Of a stretch of 64,000 nt of DNA, positions 19,774 through 28,944 are shown piece by piece (positions within the stretch are counted from its first letter, which is position 1; each line of letters begins with the position of its first letter). Source of the DNA: an uncultured delta proteobacterium (GTDB taxonomy: Bacteria > Myxococcota_A > Polyangia > Polyangiales > Polyangiaceae); contig CAVOKF010000008.1 of assembly GCA_963696385.1 (NCBI GenBank), positions 224,001 through 288,000 on the forward strand. Reading direction: 5' to 3'. The notes below the pieces were generated by a model. That model had not been told where the DNA came from, searched no databases, and saw nothing but the letters and a program-made list of their open reading frames with translations. The position numbers were made by a program, and so were the translations under genes.

Positions 19774-21170
19774 CCAAGCACCGACAGCCGAGGACGGCTT
19801 TCGGGCCCCTTCCAGCGGGAGCCGGCAACGCCCCGGTGGTCGCGATCGTCGGCCGACCCAACGTCGGCAAGTCCACTCTGTTCAACCGGCTCGCGCGGGC
19901 GCGAATCGCGATCGTCCACGACGAGGCGGGCGTCACTCGGGACCGCAAGTACGCCGACGTGAGCGCGTTCGGGACTCCCTACACGCTGGTCGACACGGGG
20001 GGGTTCGACCCCGACGACGACGATCCGATGAAGGCCGGAATCGCTCGGCAAGTGCGGAGCGCCGTGGCCGAAGCCGACGCCATCGTGTTCGTGACCGACG
20101 CGACCACCGAACCGGGCGGGGCCGACCGAGCCGCTGTCGCGCTTTTGCGTCGGAGCGGTAAACCGGTCCTTTTTGCCGCCAACAAGGCCGACTCGCCGCG
20201 CGCCGACGCCGATGCATTCGACTTGTATCGTCTGGGCGTCGACAAGGTTTATCCCGTGAGCGCGCTGCACGGCCGTGGCATCGGCGAGCTCGAATCGGCG
20301 CTCGTCCAAGCCTTGCCCGAGTCCCGGGAGGTCCCCATCGAAGAGGGCGACGTCGCGCGCATCGCGCTCATCGGCCGACCCAACGCCGGCAAAAGCAGTT
20401 TGATGAATCGGATCCTGGGTGAGGAACGGTCGCTCGTCGACGCGCGGCCCGGGACCACCCGCGATTCGATCGACGCCATCGTGGAGCGCGACGGCAAGCG
20501 CTACGTGTTCATCGACACGGCGGGCATCCGGCGCAAGGGCAAAGTCGCCAAGGAGGCCAGTACGGTCGAATCGTTGAGCGTGCTGTCGTCCATCCGCAGC
20601 ATCGAACGCGCGCACATCGTCGTGCTGCTCTGCGATGCGAACGAGGGCGTCGCCGAACAGGACGCCAAGATCCTGGGGCTCGCCGAAGAGCGCGGCCGTG
20701 CGATGGTCGTCGCTCTGAACAAAGTCGACCTCTTGGCGAAAGGAGACTTCGCCAAGGCGGAGGAAAACGCACGCGAAAAGCTCTCGTTCGTACCTTACGT
20801 CCCGGTCGCCAGGACGAGCGCGAAAACGGGCCGCGGCCTCTCCGAACTGTTCGCCACGATCGACCGCGTGCATGCGGCCTACTTTCACCGCGTGGGCACC
20901 GGCGAGCTCAATCGTTTCTTCGCGCAGGTGCTCGCGATACGGCCCCCGCCGACGATGGGCGGACGCGCGCCGCGCCTCTACTACGTCACCCAGACGTCGG
21001 TCGCCCCGCCCACGTTCGTCGCGATGACCAACGCGCCCGATTCCATCCATTTTTCGTATCGACGCTTCGTCGTCAATCAATTGAGAAAAGAGTTTTCCTT
21101 CGAAGGCGCGCCGGTACGCGTGCACTACAAGGCCCGACGGCGCCGCGGAGAAAAGAAGGAGGGCGACTGA
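19770..21170 (+). CDS. der: Ribosome biogenesis GTPase Der (EngA)
   Basis: Two GTPase domains (GRPNVGKS/GVTRD/DTGG and GRPNAGKS/GTTRD/DTAG), GTG start overlapping the era stop. Confidence 0.97.
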   Translation: MTKHRQPRTAFGPLPAGAGNAPVVAIVGRPNVGKSTLFNRLARARIAIVHDEAGVTRDRKYADVSAFGTPYTLVDTGGFDPDDDDPMKAGIARQVRSAVAEADAIVFVTDATTEPGGADRAAVALLRRSGKPVLFAANKADSPRADADAFDLYRLGVDKVYPVSALHGRGIGELESALVQALPESREVPIEEGDVARIALIGRPNAGKSSLMNRILGEERSLVDARPGTTRDSIDAIVERDGKRYVFIDTAGIRRKGKVAKEASTVESLSVLSSIRSIERAHIVVLLCDANEGVAEQDAKILGLAEERGRAMVVALNKVDLLAKGDFAKAEENAREKLSFVPYVPVARTSAKTGRGLSELFATIDRVHAAYFHRVGTGELNRFFAQVLAIRPPPTMGGRAPRLYYVTQTSVAPPTFVAMTNAPDSIHFSYRRFVVNQLRKEFSFEGAPVRVHYKARRRRGEKKEGD

Positions 21171-21179
21171 CGTACCCCC

Positions 21180-22337
21180 TCATGTTCCGCTGCCCATAAG
21201 CGTTTCGGCGACGGCGTGCAGACCGACCAAGTCGTGAACGTCGGTCGGCAGTTCGCGAACCCGGACAATCGGGACCGTGCCGCGGACATGGTCCTCGAGA
21301 GTGCGCATGTGCAGGGCGTCGAGCGCGGCCAGGCCCCGGGCATCCGCGTGGGATCGCACGAGACGCGAGGGGCCGTCCCCGGCGAGGCGCAAGCCGCGCG
21401 CCTCGATCGCTTCCGCCGCCTCGCTCACGGTCGGCGGATGGTCCGCAAACGCGGGAGCAAGACGGAAGCGATTCACGACGAACGCGCCGCGCGGCATCGT
21501 CGCTTGCACGAGCCGATCGCTGAAAAACAGCACCTCTTGAATGCTCGCCGGCGCCGGGCTCGTGACCAGAACGAAGGTCACGGCGGGGCTGCGGAGCGCC
21601 GCTTCGACTTCGCGCGCGCGCTCTTTGAAACCGCCGAACAGATCGTTGAGTTCCGAGAGAAACTCCGACATCGCCTCCAAGAACCCCGCGCCCGTGATCC
21701 GCGCAATGCCGCGCAAGACGGCGGCCGCCGACCGCGCGAAAAGATTGAAACCCACGCTGCCGCTCGTCTGGAAAGCGTGGACGATCCAGCGCATGGTCGT
21801 CGAATCGAGCGCCTCGACGAGCCGTTCGGGCGCGTCGAGAAAATCGAGTGCATTGGCCGTTGGGGGCGTATCGAGAACGATGAGATCGAAGCGCGGATCG
21901 CGCTGAACGGCGACGAGCTTCTCCATGGCCATGTATTCCTGCGTACCGGCCAGGGACGTCGACACGGTTTGGTAGAGCTTGTTGCCGAGGAGCCGCTCGG
22001 CGCGCTCCCGAGACGACGCGTATTTCACGATGAGATCGTCGAACGTACGCTTGGTATCGAGCATCATCGCCGCGAGCGTCCCTTTCATCGCGATGCCCGA
22101 TCGCGCAAACCGCGCCGGATCGATCTGCTGCTCGTCGCTCGACATGCGCTCGAGGCCGAGCGCCTCCGCGAGCCGGCGCGCCGGATCGATGGTCAAGCAC
22201 AAGACGCGTCGGCCGCGGGCTGCGGCCGCCAGGCCGAGAGCCGCCGCAGTCGTGGTCTTGCCCACCCCGCCCGCGCCCACGGCGACGATCACGCGACGCG
22301 TCATCACGATCTGAGCGAGCGTTTCCGACGGCATCAC
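21180..22337 (-). CDS. ArsA/GET3-family ATPase
   Basis: GAGGVGKTT Walker A, TIDPA, LDTPPT switch motif. Confidence 0.9.
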   Translation of the reverse strand: MMPSETLAQIVMTRRVIVAVGAGGVGKTTTAAALGLAAAARGRRVLCLTIDPARRLAEALGLERMSSDEQQIDPARFARSGIAMKGTLAAMMLDTKRTFDDLIVKYASSRERAERLLGNKLYQTVSTSLAGTQEYMAMEKLVAVQRDPRFDLIVLDTPPTANALDFLDAPERLVEALDSTTMRWIVHAFQTSGSVGFNLFARSAAAVLRGIARITGAGFLEAMSEFLSELNDLFGGFKERAREVEAALRSPAVTFVLVTSPAPASIQEVLFFSDRLVQATMPRGAFVVNRFRLAPAFADHPPTVSEAAEAIEARGLRLAGDGPSRLVRSHADARGLAALDALHMRTLEDHVRGTVPIVRVRELPTDVHDLVGLHAVAETLMGSGT

Positions 22338-22349
22338 CCTGCGTGACCT

Positions 22350-23841
22350 CTAGGGCTCTGCGTCGTCGTATTCCCCGTCGGCCAGGCTGTCGAAACGAGT
22401 GTATTGAGCATCGAATCGGACTTTGACGGTGTTCGTGGGGCCGTTTCTCTGCTTGGCCACGATGAGCTCGGCGATGTTCCGATCCGCCGTTTCTTTATTG
22501 TAGTACTCGTCTCGGTAGATGAAGCAGATGTTGTCGGCGTCCTGTTCGATGGCGCCGGACTCGCGCAAATCGGAAAGCTGCGGGCGCTTGCTCTTTTCGC
22601 CACGGGTCTCGACCGCCCGATTGAGCTGACTGAGCGCAATGACCGGAAGATTCAGCTCTTTGGCGAGCCGCTTGAGGCCCCGGGAGATTTCGCTGATTTC
22701 CTGCTCGCGCGATTGGGCGTTTTCCCGGCCCCTCATGAGCTGCAGATAATCGACGACCACGAGGCCGATTCGCTGCTTCTTTTCTCCCGTCGCCGGGTCG
22801 ATCCGATTCGAACTCCGCCTGCAAGCGGCGCACCTTGGATCGAAGCTCGAGAATCGACAGCGCCGGTGCGTCGTCCACCCAGATGCTGAGATTCGCGAGA
22901 TGCGACGCGGCCTGCGTGAGCTTGCTCCAGTCGCTCGGCGTGAGCATTCCCGTGCGGACGCGGCTCACGTCGACCCGCGCTTCCGAGCACAGCACGCGAT
23001 TGACGATTTGCTCGCGGGGCATCTCGAGCGAGAAGACGACGACGCCGTATCCCGGCTCTTCCCAGCGCTCGTTCGGGTCTCGAGCCGACTCGAGCTGCTG
23101 AGGACTCGCGACGTTGACGGCCATATTCAAGACGAGGCTCGTCTTTCCCATCCCGGGACGCGCCGCGACGATCGTCAGCTCGCCGTCGTGCAAGCCGCTC
23201 GTCAGCCGGTCGTAGCGATCGAAGCCGGTCGAGATCCCGATGATGCGCGCGCCACGCTCGGTAGCCCGGGTGATGCGGCGAAAGGTCTCCTGCATCACGT
23301 CGCGCAGGAGCAGGACGCTGCTCGCCTCGCGCGTTCGTGCAATGTCGTAGACGGCCTGCTCGGCCGAGTCGATGAACTGCTGCGCCTCGCCGTAGCCCGT
23401 GTAGCCCTGCGCCATCACGCGGTGGCACGCGAGGATCAGCTGCCGGACGCGCCACTTTTCGTGGATCGTCTGCCCGTAGGCGCCCACATTGGATACCGCC
23501 GGCGCCGCATTGAGTACCTCCGTCAGGTACGCCATGCCTCCGACCTGAGCGAGGCGATCGTGGTCGCGCAGCCACGTCGCGACCTGGACCACATCGACGG
23601 GCTTGCCCGCCGAGCTGAGATCGACGCACGCCTCGTAGATGCGCCGGTGGGCCTCGGAATAGAAGTGCTCGGCCCGCAGCAACTCGCTCACCTTGTCGAA
23701 GGCGAGGGGGTCGACCATGACGGCCGACAGAACGGCCGCTTCGGCGTCCATGTCATGGGGCGGCACGCGGCCCTCGATCGCGATCGGCTCCACGGACTGC
23801 CCACCGACGACGCGCAGCTTCTCCACAGGCTCACCCTCCAA
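22350..23841 (-). CDS. dnaB: Replicative DNA helicase DnaB (one +1 frameshift near 22807, probably an assembly error)
   Basis: N-part ([27 protein letters not shown]) and C-part ([32 protein letters not shown]) are in different frames. Span is 1492 nt = 3n+1, and removing one base gives ...[27 protein letters not shown]. Confidence 0.95.
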
Positions 23842-23904
23842 ACGACAACGCCCCGACCTCGTGGAGGCCGGGGCGCCGGTCGATTTCCGTCTATCGTTAG
23901 CGCA

Positions 23905-24360
23905 TCACTTGGCGATGACTTCCACCTTTACGCTCGCGGAGACATCCACGGCCAATTTGATCGGCACGTCGTAGACACCCGTTGCTTTGATCGGCTCGGC
24001 GAGCTGAATCTTGCGTCGGTCCACCTGAAAGCCCTGGGCAGCGAGAGCGCGCTCGATGTCCTTGGTGGTCACGGAACCGAAGAGTCGACCGTCCTCACCG
24101 GCCTTGACCGCAATCTGGACGGCCGCGGCGCTCAACTTGGCCGACGCATCGCGCGCTTCTTTCTTCGACTTTTCCGTGCGCGCGAGCGCCACGGATCGTT
24201 CGTGCTCGATTCGATGCACGGCCGCCGACGTGGCGGGCAGGGCCAGATCGCGGGGAAGCAAATAGTTTCGAGCGAAACCGGGGCGCACGCGGATGAGCTC
24301 GCCGCTCTTGCCGACCTTGTCGACGTCCTGCCGCAAGATGACCTGAATGTTCGCGGGCAT
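23905..24360 (-). CDS. rplI: 50S ribosomal protein L9
   Basis: VILRQDV..VRPGFARNYLLP...GRLFGSVT. Confidence 0.98.
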   Translation of the reverse strand: MPANIQVILRQDVDKVGKSGELIRVRPGFARNYLLPRDLALPATSAAVHRIEHERSVALARTEKSKKEARDASAKLSAAAVQIAVKAGEDGRLFGSVTTKDIERALAAQGFQVDRRKIQLAEPIKATGVYDVPIKLAVDVSASVKVEVIAK

Positions 24361-24369
24361 GGGTCAATC

Positions 24370-24654
24370 TCAGTGGGTCACGGTGAACGGAAGGAGGGCG
24401 ATATTGCGAGCTCTCTTCACGGCAAGCTGCACTTTGCGTTGATGGCGCGCGCAGTTGCCGCTGATTCGGCGAGGAACGACCTTGCCGCGCTCGCTAACGA
24501 AGTAGCGCAGGGCTTGGGGATCCTTGTAGTCGATGACCACGGTCTTGTCGGCGCAGTAGCGACAAACCCGCTTCTTGCCGCCGCGTCGACGGCCCACGTC
24601 GGCGTTGAGGTCCGGACCGCGCGTAATGTCCTTGTCGTCGTCCATCATCGCCAT
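24370..24654 (-). CDS. rpsR: 30S ribosomal protein S18 (zinc-binding C+ form)
   Basis: CRYC...IDYKD...[19 protein letters not shown]...[10 protein letters not shown]. Confidence 0.98.
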   Translation of the reverse strand: MAMMDDDKDITRGPDLNADVGRRRGGKKRVCRYCADKTVVIDYKDPQALRYFVSERGKVVPRRISGNCARHQRKVQLAVKRARNIALLPFTVTH

Positions 24655-24657
24655 GAC

Positions 24658-25224
24658 TCAAACCTCCTCGCCTTCCTTGCGAACCGCCGCGGCCTCGTCG
24701 GTCTCTTCGTGCTCGAATTCGTCGATGTCGTCCGGCGGGCGCGGCGCCCTCGGAGCCTCGGGGCCGAGATCAATCAAGCCCAGTTGCTTCTCGCGCGACT
24801 CTTCTTTCTCTTCCTCCGGCGGCAGCTCGAGCTTACCGAGACGGATTTCCTCGGGGTCGATCTGCAAAGCCTCCAGATCGACCTCATTGGAGGTCTGGAC
24901 GGTCATGAATTTGATGACGCAATCCTGGAGCTTGAGGTTGCGCTCGACTTCGGCCACCAGACCGCCGCTGCCGACGTACTTGAGGTACACGTACACGCCG
25001 CGCCGCTGCTTGCCGACCGGGTACGCGAGCTTGCGGCGTCCCCAGGCCTCCACCTTGACCAGCTTGCCCCGTTCGCGGTCGAGCGCGTCGGCGACGCGCG
25101 CCTGAACGCGCTCGGCCAGGTCTCCGTCGACGTCGGATCGAAGAACGTAAATGGTCTCGTACTCCCTCGCGCGCACGCGGGGAGCTTGCGGGCGCACCGA
25201 GGCGTCCGAGGTCGTTGCGGTCAT
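24658..25224 (-). CDS. rpsF: 30S ribosomal protein S6 with acidic C-terminal extension
   Basis: REYETIYVL...WGRRKLAYPV. Start ATG 25224 after a GGAG RBS. Confidence 0.95.
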   Translation of the reverse strand: MTATTSDASVRPQAPRVRAREYETIYVLRSDVDGDLAERVQARVADALDRERGKLVKVEAWGRRKLAYPVGKQRRGVYVYLKYVGSGGLVAEVERNLKLQDCVIKFMTVQTSNEVDLEALQIDPEEIRLGKLELPPEEEKEESREKQLGLIDLGPEAPRAPRPPDDIDEFEHEETDEAAAVRKEGEEV

Positions 25225-25263
25225 GGTCTCTCCTGGGGTTCGCGCCCCGCCGCGTGCGGCGAG

Positions 25264-25343
25264 TCCCTTCTGGGCTCGTCCCCGAAGGTCAAACACCTCG
25301 GGAGACGCGGGCCCGTGGGACGAAGGCGCCCACGAGCAAGGGG
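25264..25343 (-). promoter_or_regulatory. Probable S6:S18 ribosomal-protein leader RNA
   Basis: Minus strand CCCCTT-GCTCGTGGG..CCCACGGGC-CCG-CGTCTCCCGAGG..CCTTCGGGGACG..AAGGGA: closing stem, hairpin, unpaired CCG, second hairpin, directly upstream of rpsF. Confidence 0.55.
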
Positions 25344-25384
25344 CCAACACATTAACGCAGCGGGTCCGGTTGGGCAAGCGCGTT

Positions 25385-25978
25385 CTAGGAGCAGCCTGCG
25401 CCGGATCCCCGAGTCTTCGTATTGGATCGGTTCATCGCCGCCGCGATGCCGTCGGTGACGACCGCCCGAACCGCCGCGTTGGCTGCATCGATGACGTCCG
25501 GAAGCTCGGCGCGCTCTTCCGCCGCGAAATTCGTGAGCACCCAATCGGCCACGTCGCCGGAGAAGCCGGGTGCGGGTCGGCCAACGCCGATGCGCACGCG
25601 CACGAAATCCGGTCCCAGATGCTGAATCACGCTTCGGACCCCATTGTGGCCCGCGTGCCCCCCTCCCGACTTGATCCGCACGTCGCGCCACAGGAGGTCG
25701 ATCTCGTCGTGGACAACGATGATTCTCGCGGGGGGCACCTTCAAGAACGCGGCGGCAGGCTGCACGCTTTCACCCGAGAGGTTCATGTACGTCTGCGGTT
25801 TCAGAACCGCCACGTCGTGGCTGCCAAGCTCTCCCTTCGTCCAAAACCCCGAAAATTTGGGTTTGAACGCAGGCCAGCCCTCCGACTGTTGCAGCGCGTC
25901 GACCGTCATGAACCCGACGTTGTGTCGATTCCCCTCGTACTCGCGACCGGGGTTGCCGAGACCCACGACGAGAAACAC
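25385..25978 (-). CDS. pth: Peptidyl-tRNA hydrolase
   Basis: LVVGLGNPG..NRHNVGF, KPQTYMNLSG, HDEIDL, GHNG, RIGVGRP. Confidence 0.98.
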   Translation of the reverse strand: MFLVVGLGNPGREYEGNRHNVGFMTVDALQQSEGWPAFKPKFSGFWTKGELGSHDVAVLKPQTYMNLSGESVQPAAAFLKVPPARIIVVHDEIDLLWRDVRIKSGGGHAGHNGVRSVIQHLGPDFVRVRIGVGRPAPGFSGDVADWVLTNFAAEERAELPDVIDAANAAVRAVVTDGIAAAMNRSNTKTRGSGAGCS

Positions 25979-25981
25979 GGG

Positions 25982-26680
25982 CTACTTCTTCTTCTCGTCC
26001 TTCTTCTCGTCCTTCTTCGCCTCGGGCGGCACCGTTCCGGCGGCGGCCGGCGCACCGGTACCGGCTGCCGGAGCACCGGCGACCCCAACACCCGGAGCCG
26101 CGACCTCTTCGACTTCTTTTTCAGGCGCGACGACGGCGACGAGCGTCTGCTCCGCGGGCAGTCGCACCGCGACGCCCGGAGGCAGCTTGAGATCCTGCGT
26201 CGCAATGTGCTCGCCCAGTTCGAGATTCGTGACGTCCGTCTCGATTTTGACCGGAATGCGGTCGGGAAGACAGCGCACCGGGATGACCCGATGGACGACG
26301 CGCAGGACGCCGCCCTTGGTCACTCCGGCGGCCTTTCCCACCGGCACGAGGGGCACCCGAACGTCGACCGGCTGATCGAGCTTCACCTCGACGAAGTCCA
26401 CGTGCTCGAGGCTCCGCTGCACCGGATGAAGCGTGAAATCGCGGATCATGGCGAGGAGCTTCTTGCCGCCCACGGCAAGCTCGATGACCGTGTTCTTTCC
26501 GAGCTCGCTTCGCAAAATCGTCGCGACTTGCTTCGGTGCCACGGCGATGGGCGTCGAGGGCAAGCCCTTGCCGTAGGCAATGGCCGGGACCCGGCCGGTC
26601 CGACGAAGACGGTTGACTTCGCCTTTTCCAGCAACGACGCGAGGCTCGGCCTCGATGGTGGCAATGTTCGTAGCGGTCAT
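25982..26680 (-). CDS. rplY: 50S ribosomal protein L25/Ctc (long form)
   Basis: RLRRTGRVPAIAYG, HVDF, GVTKGG, C-terminal Ctc domain. Confidence 0.96.
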   Translation of the reverse strand: MTATNIATIEAEPRVVAGKGEVNRLRRTGRVPAIAYGKGLPSTPIAVAPKQVATILRSELGKNTVIELAVGGKKLLAMIRDFTLHPVQRSLEHVDFVEVKLDQPVDVRVPLVPVGKAAGVTKGGVLRVVHRVIPVRCLPDRIPVKIETDVTNLELGEHIATQDLKLPPGVAVRLPAEQTLVAVVAPEKEVEEVAAPGVGVAGAPAAGTGAPAAAGTVPPEAKKDEKKDEKKK

Positions 26681-26787
26681 GAGCCTCACCTGTCCGCCCG
26701 CGTCACGCTCGCGCGCGCCGGGGCATAGGGGTTTTCGCGGGTCAGGCTCGTAGCAGGTTCTAGCGTGCCACGCGAGCGACTTGGACC

Positions 26788-26898
26788 TCTCGACCCCGAC
26801 CTCGACCCCGACCTCGACCTAACCTCGACCACCCCGACCTCGACCTCGACCCCGACCCCGACTACCCCGACCCCGACCGCGACCCCGACCCCGACCCC
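26788..26898. repeat. Imperfect hexamer tandem repeat (CGACCY)n
   Basis: Run of CTCGAC/CCCGAC units between the RES gene stop and the rplY upstream region. Confidence 0.92.
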
Positions 26899-26918
26899 TT
26901 CACCACGACTCGTGCTTG

Positions 26919-27395
26919 CTACAGGGTTCGTTTCCGCAGGCGGGGGTCGAACGCGACCGGTTCGGGGGGATGCACGACGAGCCTCTGGATGTCGGCGTGT
27001 CTGGGGTTCAAGAGCACGTTGGTCTCGCTTGGTGTGACGGCGGAAGGAACGACCAAGAGGGCGCTGCGCTCGGCCTTCGCCCAATGGGTCCCGATGCCTT
27101 TCAGCGCGTAGGGCCCCGGCGTGGCCCGCCAATGCATGGGCAAGGTGCTTGCGTCGACGACCTTGGCGGCCTGGGCGACGTCGGCAGGAACCTCGAAGCG
27201 AATGGACACAAGGTCATCGGGCCAGTCGTCCGGGTCGAGGTGCACAAGGTATTCAAGCGTCGCGAGCGAGAGCGACGAGGCGCAGTAGACCATCGCGACG
27301 CCTTTGCGATTCCACCGGCCCGGATAGCGATACGCGCCTTCGCCATCGAACGCCGTCTTGGCGCGACCCTGTTTGCAGATGCGCCAGCCGACCAC
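26919..27395 (-). CDS. RES-domain toxin (NAD+-degrading/ADP-ribosylating family)
   Basis: GEGAYRYPGRWN (R), YCASSLSLATLE (E), LVVPS (S), NVLLNPRH, FDPRL. Confidence 0.93.
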   Translation of the reverse strand: MVGWRICKQGRAKTAFDGEGAYRYPGRWNRKGVAMVYCASSLSLATLEYLVHLDPDDWPDDLVSIRFEVPADVAQAAKVVDASTLPMHWRATPGPYALKGIGTHWAKAERSALLVVPSAVTPSETNVLLNPRHADIQRLVVHPPEPVAFDPRLRKRTL

Positions 27396-27404
27396 GGGCG
27401 AGCT

Positions 27405-27839
27405 TTACGCGAACACGCCGTGTTCGATTCGCCCGAGTTCCTCGAAAACCGCGCTGGCGCCGATATCGGTATCGAGCAGGTGCAGAGGAATCTCTCCGCC
27501 AAGGGCTCGGCTTGGTTTCTGCAACCAACGCCTCGCCTTCGCTTCCTCTCCAAGAACGTGCTTGGCCTCGGCGAACACGCGCGCGAGACGCACTACCCTC
27601 TCGGACTCCTCGGCGGAGAGTGGTTTGTGTTCGTGCAGGCGCCGCGCGATCGTGCGCTTGGCGAGCCCGAGTGACTCGATGGTGGCGACCGCGGACAGGT
27701 CGAGCTGCCTCGCCATCCGTTCGAGCGCGGCGGACGGAAGTCCGCTGCGGATGAGTGGCATCAAATCGATTGCGGCGTGGACGCTGCCCTTCAGGCCAAG
27801 CATGGCCACGGTGTCTTTGAGCACAGGGTCCGATGCCAT
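27405..27839 (-). CDS. Xre/MbcA/ParS-family antitoxin
   Basis: IRSGLP...RTIARR...LSAEESERVVRLARV...WLQKPSRALGGEIPLHLL...LGRIEHGV, directly upstream of the RES toxin. Confidence 0.93.
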   Translation of the reverse strand: MASDPVLKDTVAMLGLKGSVHAAIDLMPLIRSGLPSAALERMARQLDLSAVATIESLGLAKRTIARRLHEHKPLSAEESERVVRLARVFAEAKHVLGEEAKARRWLQKPSRALGGEIPLHLLDTDIGASAVFEELGRIEHGVFA

Positions 27840-27853
27840 TTGGCACAATCATA
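27834..27853 (-). promoter_or_regulatory. Candidate -10 box (TATGAT) and TGCCA-N2-TGGCA operator over the antitoxin start
   Basis: ATCATA at 27848-27853 (TATGAT on minus) and a perfect 5-bp inverted repeat at 27834-27845 covering the ATG. Confidence 0.4.
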
Positions 27854-27957
27854 ACAGCCGAACGGCTCACGCGCCACCTCACCTCCTCGCGCGATGGTCT
27901 GGGAGGGAGGGCGGAAGAGTCGCCTCATCATCTCCGCCATTCCGCTGGGGGTCCCGT

Positions 27958-28263
27958 CTAGTCGATCCCCATTCGCTCGGCTTCGGTCGGTGTCAGGCCC
28001 ATCGCCACCGTCACTTTCAGCGCCTCCTGTTCACCTTTGACCGCGGTGTACGCGTCAAGAATGATTCGCGATCGCACGGTTTGCTCAAGCCCGTTCCAAC
28101 GAGCCCACTTTACGTAGAGGTGGACCGTTCCGGTGCCCGGTTGCTCGATCACGATGTCTGGCTCGCCCGCCTCACGAGGTGTCCGCAGCTCCCCGATGAG
28201 TTCGTCGCGCAGATCGGCTTCCTGCGGAAGTTCGTGGCGCTGAAGCGTGTTTCGAACGGGCAT
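27958..28263 (-). CDS. Small hypothetical protein, putative partner/antitoxin of the adjacent HEPN protein
   Basis: 101-aa ORF starting 2 nt after the HEPN stop, HLYVKWARW...RSRIILDAY...AMGLTPTEA. Confidence 0.75.
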   Translation of the reverse strand: MPVRNTLQRHELPQEADLRDELIGELRTPREAGEPDIVIEQPGTGTVHLYVKWARWNGLEQTVRSRIILDAYTAVKGEQEALKVTVAMGLTPTEAERMGID

Positions 28264-28265
28264 GG

Positions 28266-28676
28266 TCAGTTCCTCAGCGATGCGTGGTTGTTGGCCAGCC
28301 ACTCGACGTTGGCGAAAAACGCAGCGGCCTCATTCTCCGTGGCGGCACCCGGCCGGTACCGCATGCCGATAAACCAGTCCGCGTACAGGCTGGCACATAC
28401 CTCCAGGAAGCGCCGATGCAACTTCCGGCTCAAGTTCGCTAGGCCCGCAGTTCGTCGTTCAAGGAGCTCCTGCGACCAGAACCACAGCCCGTGTCCCGAG
28501 TCGTAGTCAGCCTTGAAGGGCGGCAGCTTGCCCTTCTTCTTCATCGGGGCGAGGAGCGGTCCGACTGGATCGGCGGGCTTCGCCTTGTCGACAAAAAAGC
28601 ACGCCGTCTTCAACAGCATCTCGGCGGAAAGCCCGGCCAGGTAGATCGAGCTGTGATGCTCGCCATCGATGAGCAA
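28266..28676 (-). CDS. HEPN-domain-like protein, possibly 5'-truncated
   Basis: (ARA)LLIDGEHHSSIYLAGLSAEMLLK, GHGL, WFIGMRY, final helix EAAAFFANVEWL match the HEPN pattern. An in-frame TGA lies about 8 codons upstream of the TTG. Confidence 0.7.
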   Translation of the reverse strand: MLIDGEHHSSIYLAGLSAEMLLKTACFFVDKAKPADPVGPLLAPMKKKGKLPPFKADYDSGHGLWFWSQELLERRTAGLANLSRKLHRRFLEVCASLYADWFIGMRYRPGAATENEAAAFFANVEWLANNHASLRN

Positions 28677-28818
28677 CGCGCGTGCTCGACGAAGAGATCA
28701 GGAACCGCGTCGCGTACGGGTAGCCCACAGCGAACCCTCGCACGGGGTTAGGGACGAAGTCCTTCCAAGCCGGGTGCCTGAGCGGCACGCGCCTTTGACC
28801 CCAAGGTCTCTCATCATT

Positions 28819-28937
28819 CCTGCTGGGGTGCTCGAGGGGAGCGGCATGCGCTCCCCTCGACGTGTCGCGCGTACCGGTTCGGCGAGAGCGGAGCCGAGCG
28901 AGCGAAGCGAGTCGAGGCGGAGCGAACGCTCAGGGTG
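28819..28937 (+). repeat. Single copy of the 119-bp hairpin element
   Basis: CCTGCTGGGGTGCTCGAGGGGAGCGGCATGCGCTCCCCTCGA...GCTCAGGGTG, 7 nt from the prs stop. Confidence 0.96.
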
Positions 28938-28944
28938 TCTCGCG

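Noticed and set aside
22350..23841. dnaB as a true pseudogene, intein-split gene or programmed frameshift
   Set aside because: The gene is essential and otherwise intact, has no intein motifs or slippery heptamer at the break, and removing one base restores it. Similar slips occur in elbD and ahcY.
26686..27132. ORFs with PT/VG/DP dipeptide repeats
   Set aside because: Translations of the (CGACCY)n tract that overlap the RES toxin gene.
28819..28937. 119-bp element as an integron attC site or Rho-independent terminator
   Set aside because: It lacks RYYYAAC...GTTRRRY ends and end-to-end dyad symmetry, no integrase is nearby, and no U-tract follows the hairpin on either strand.
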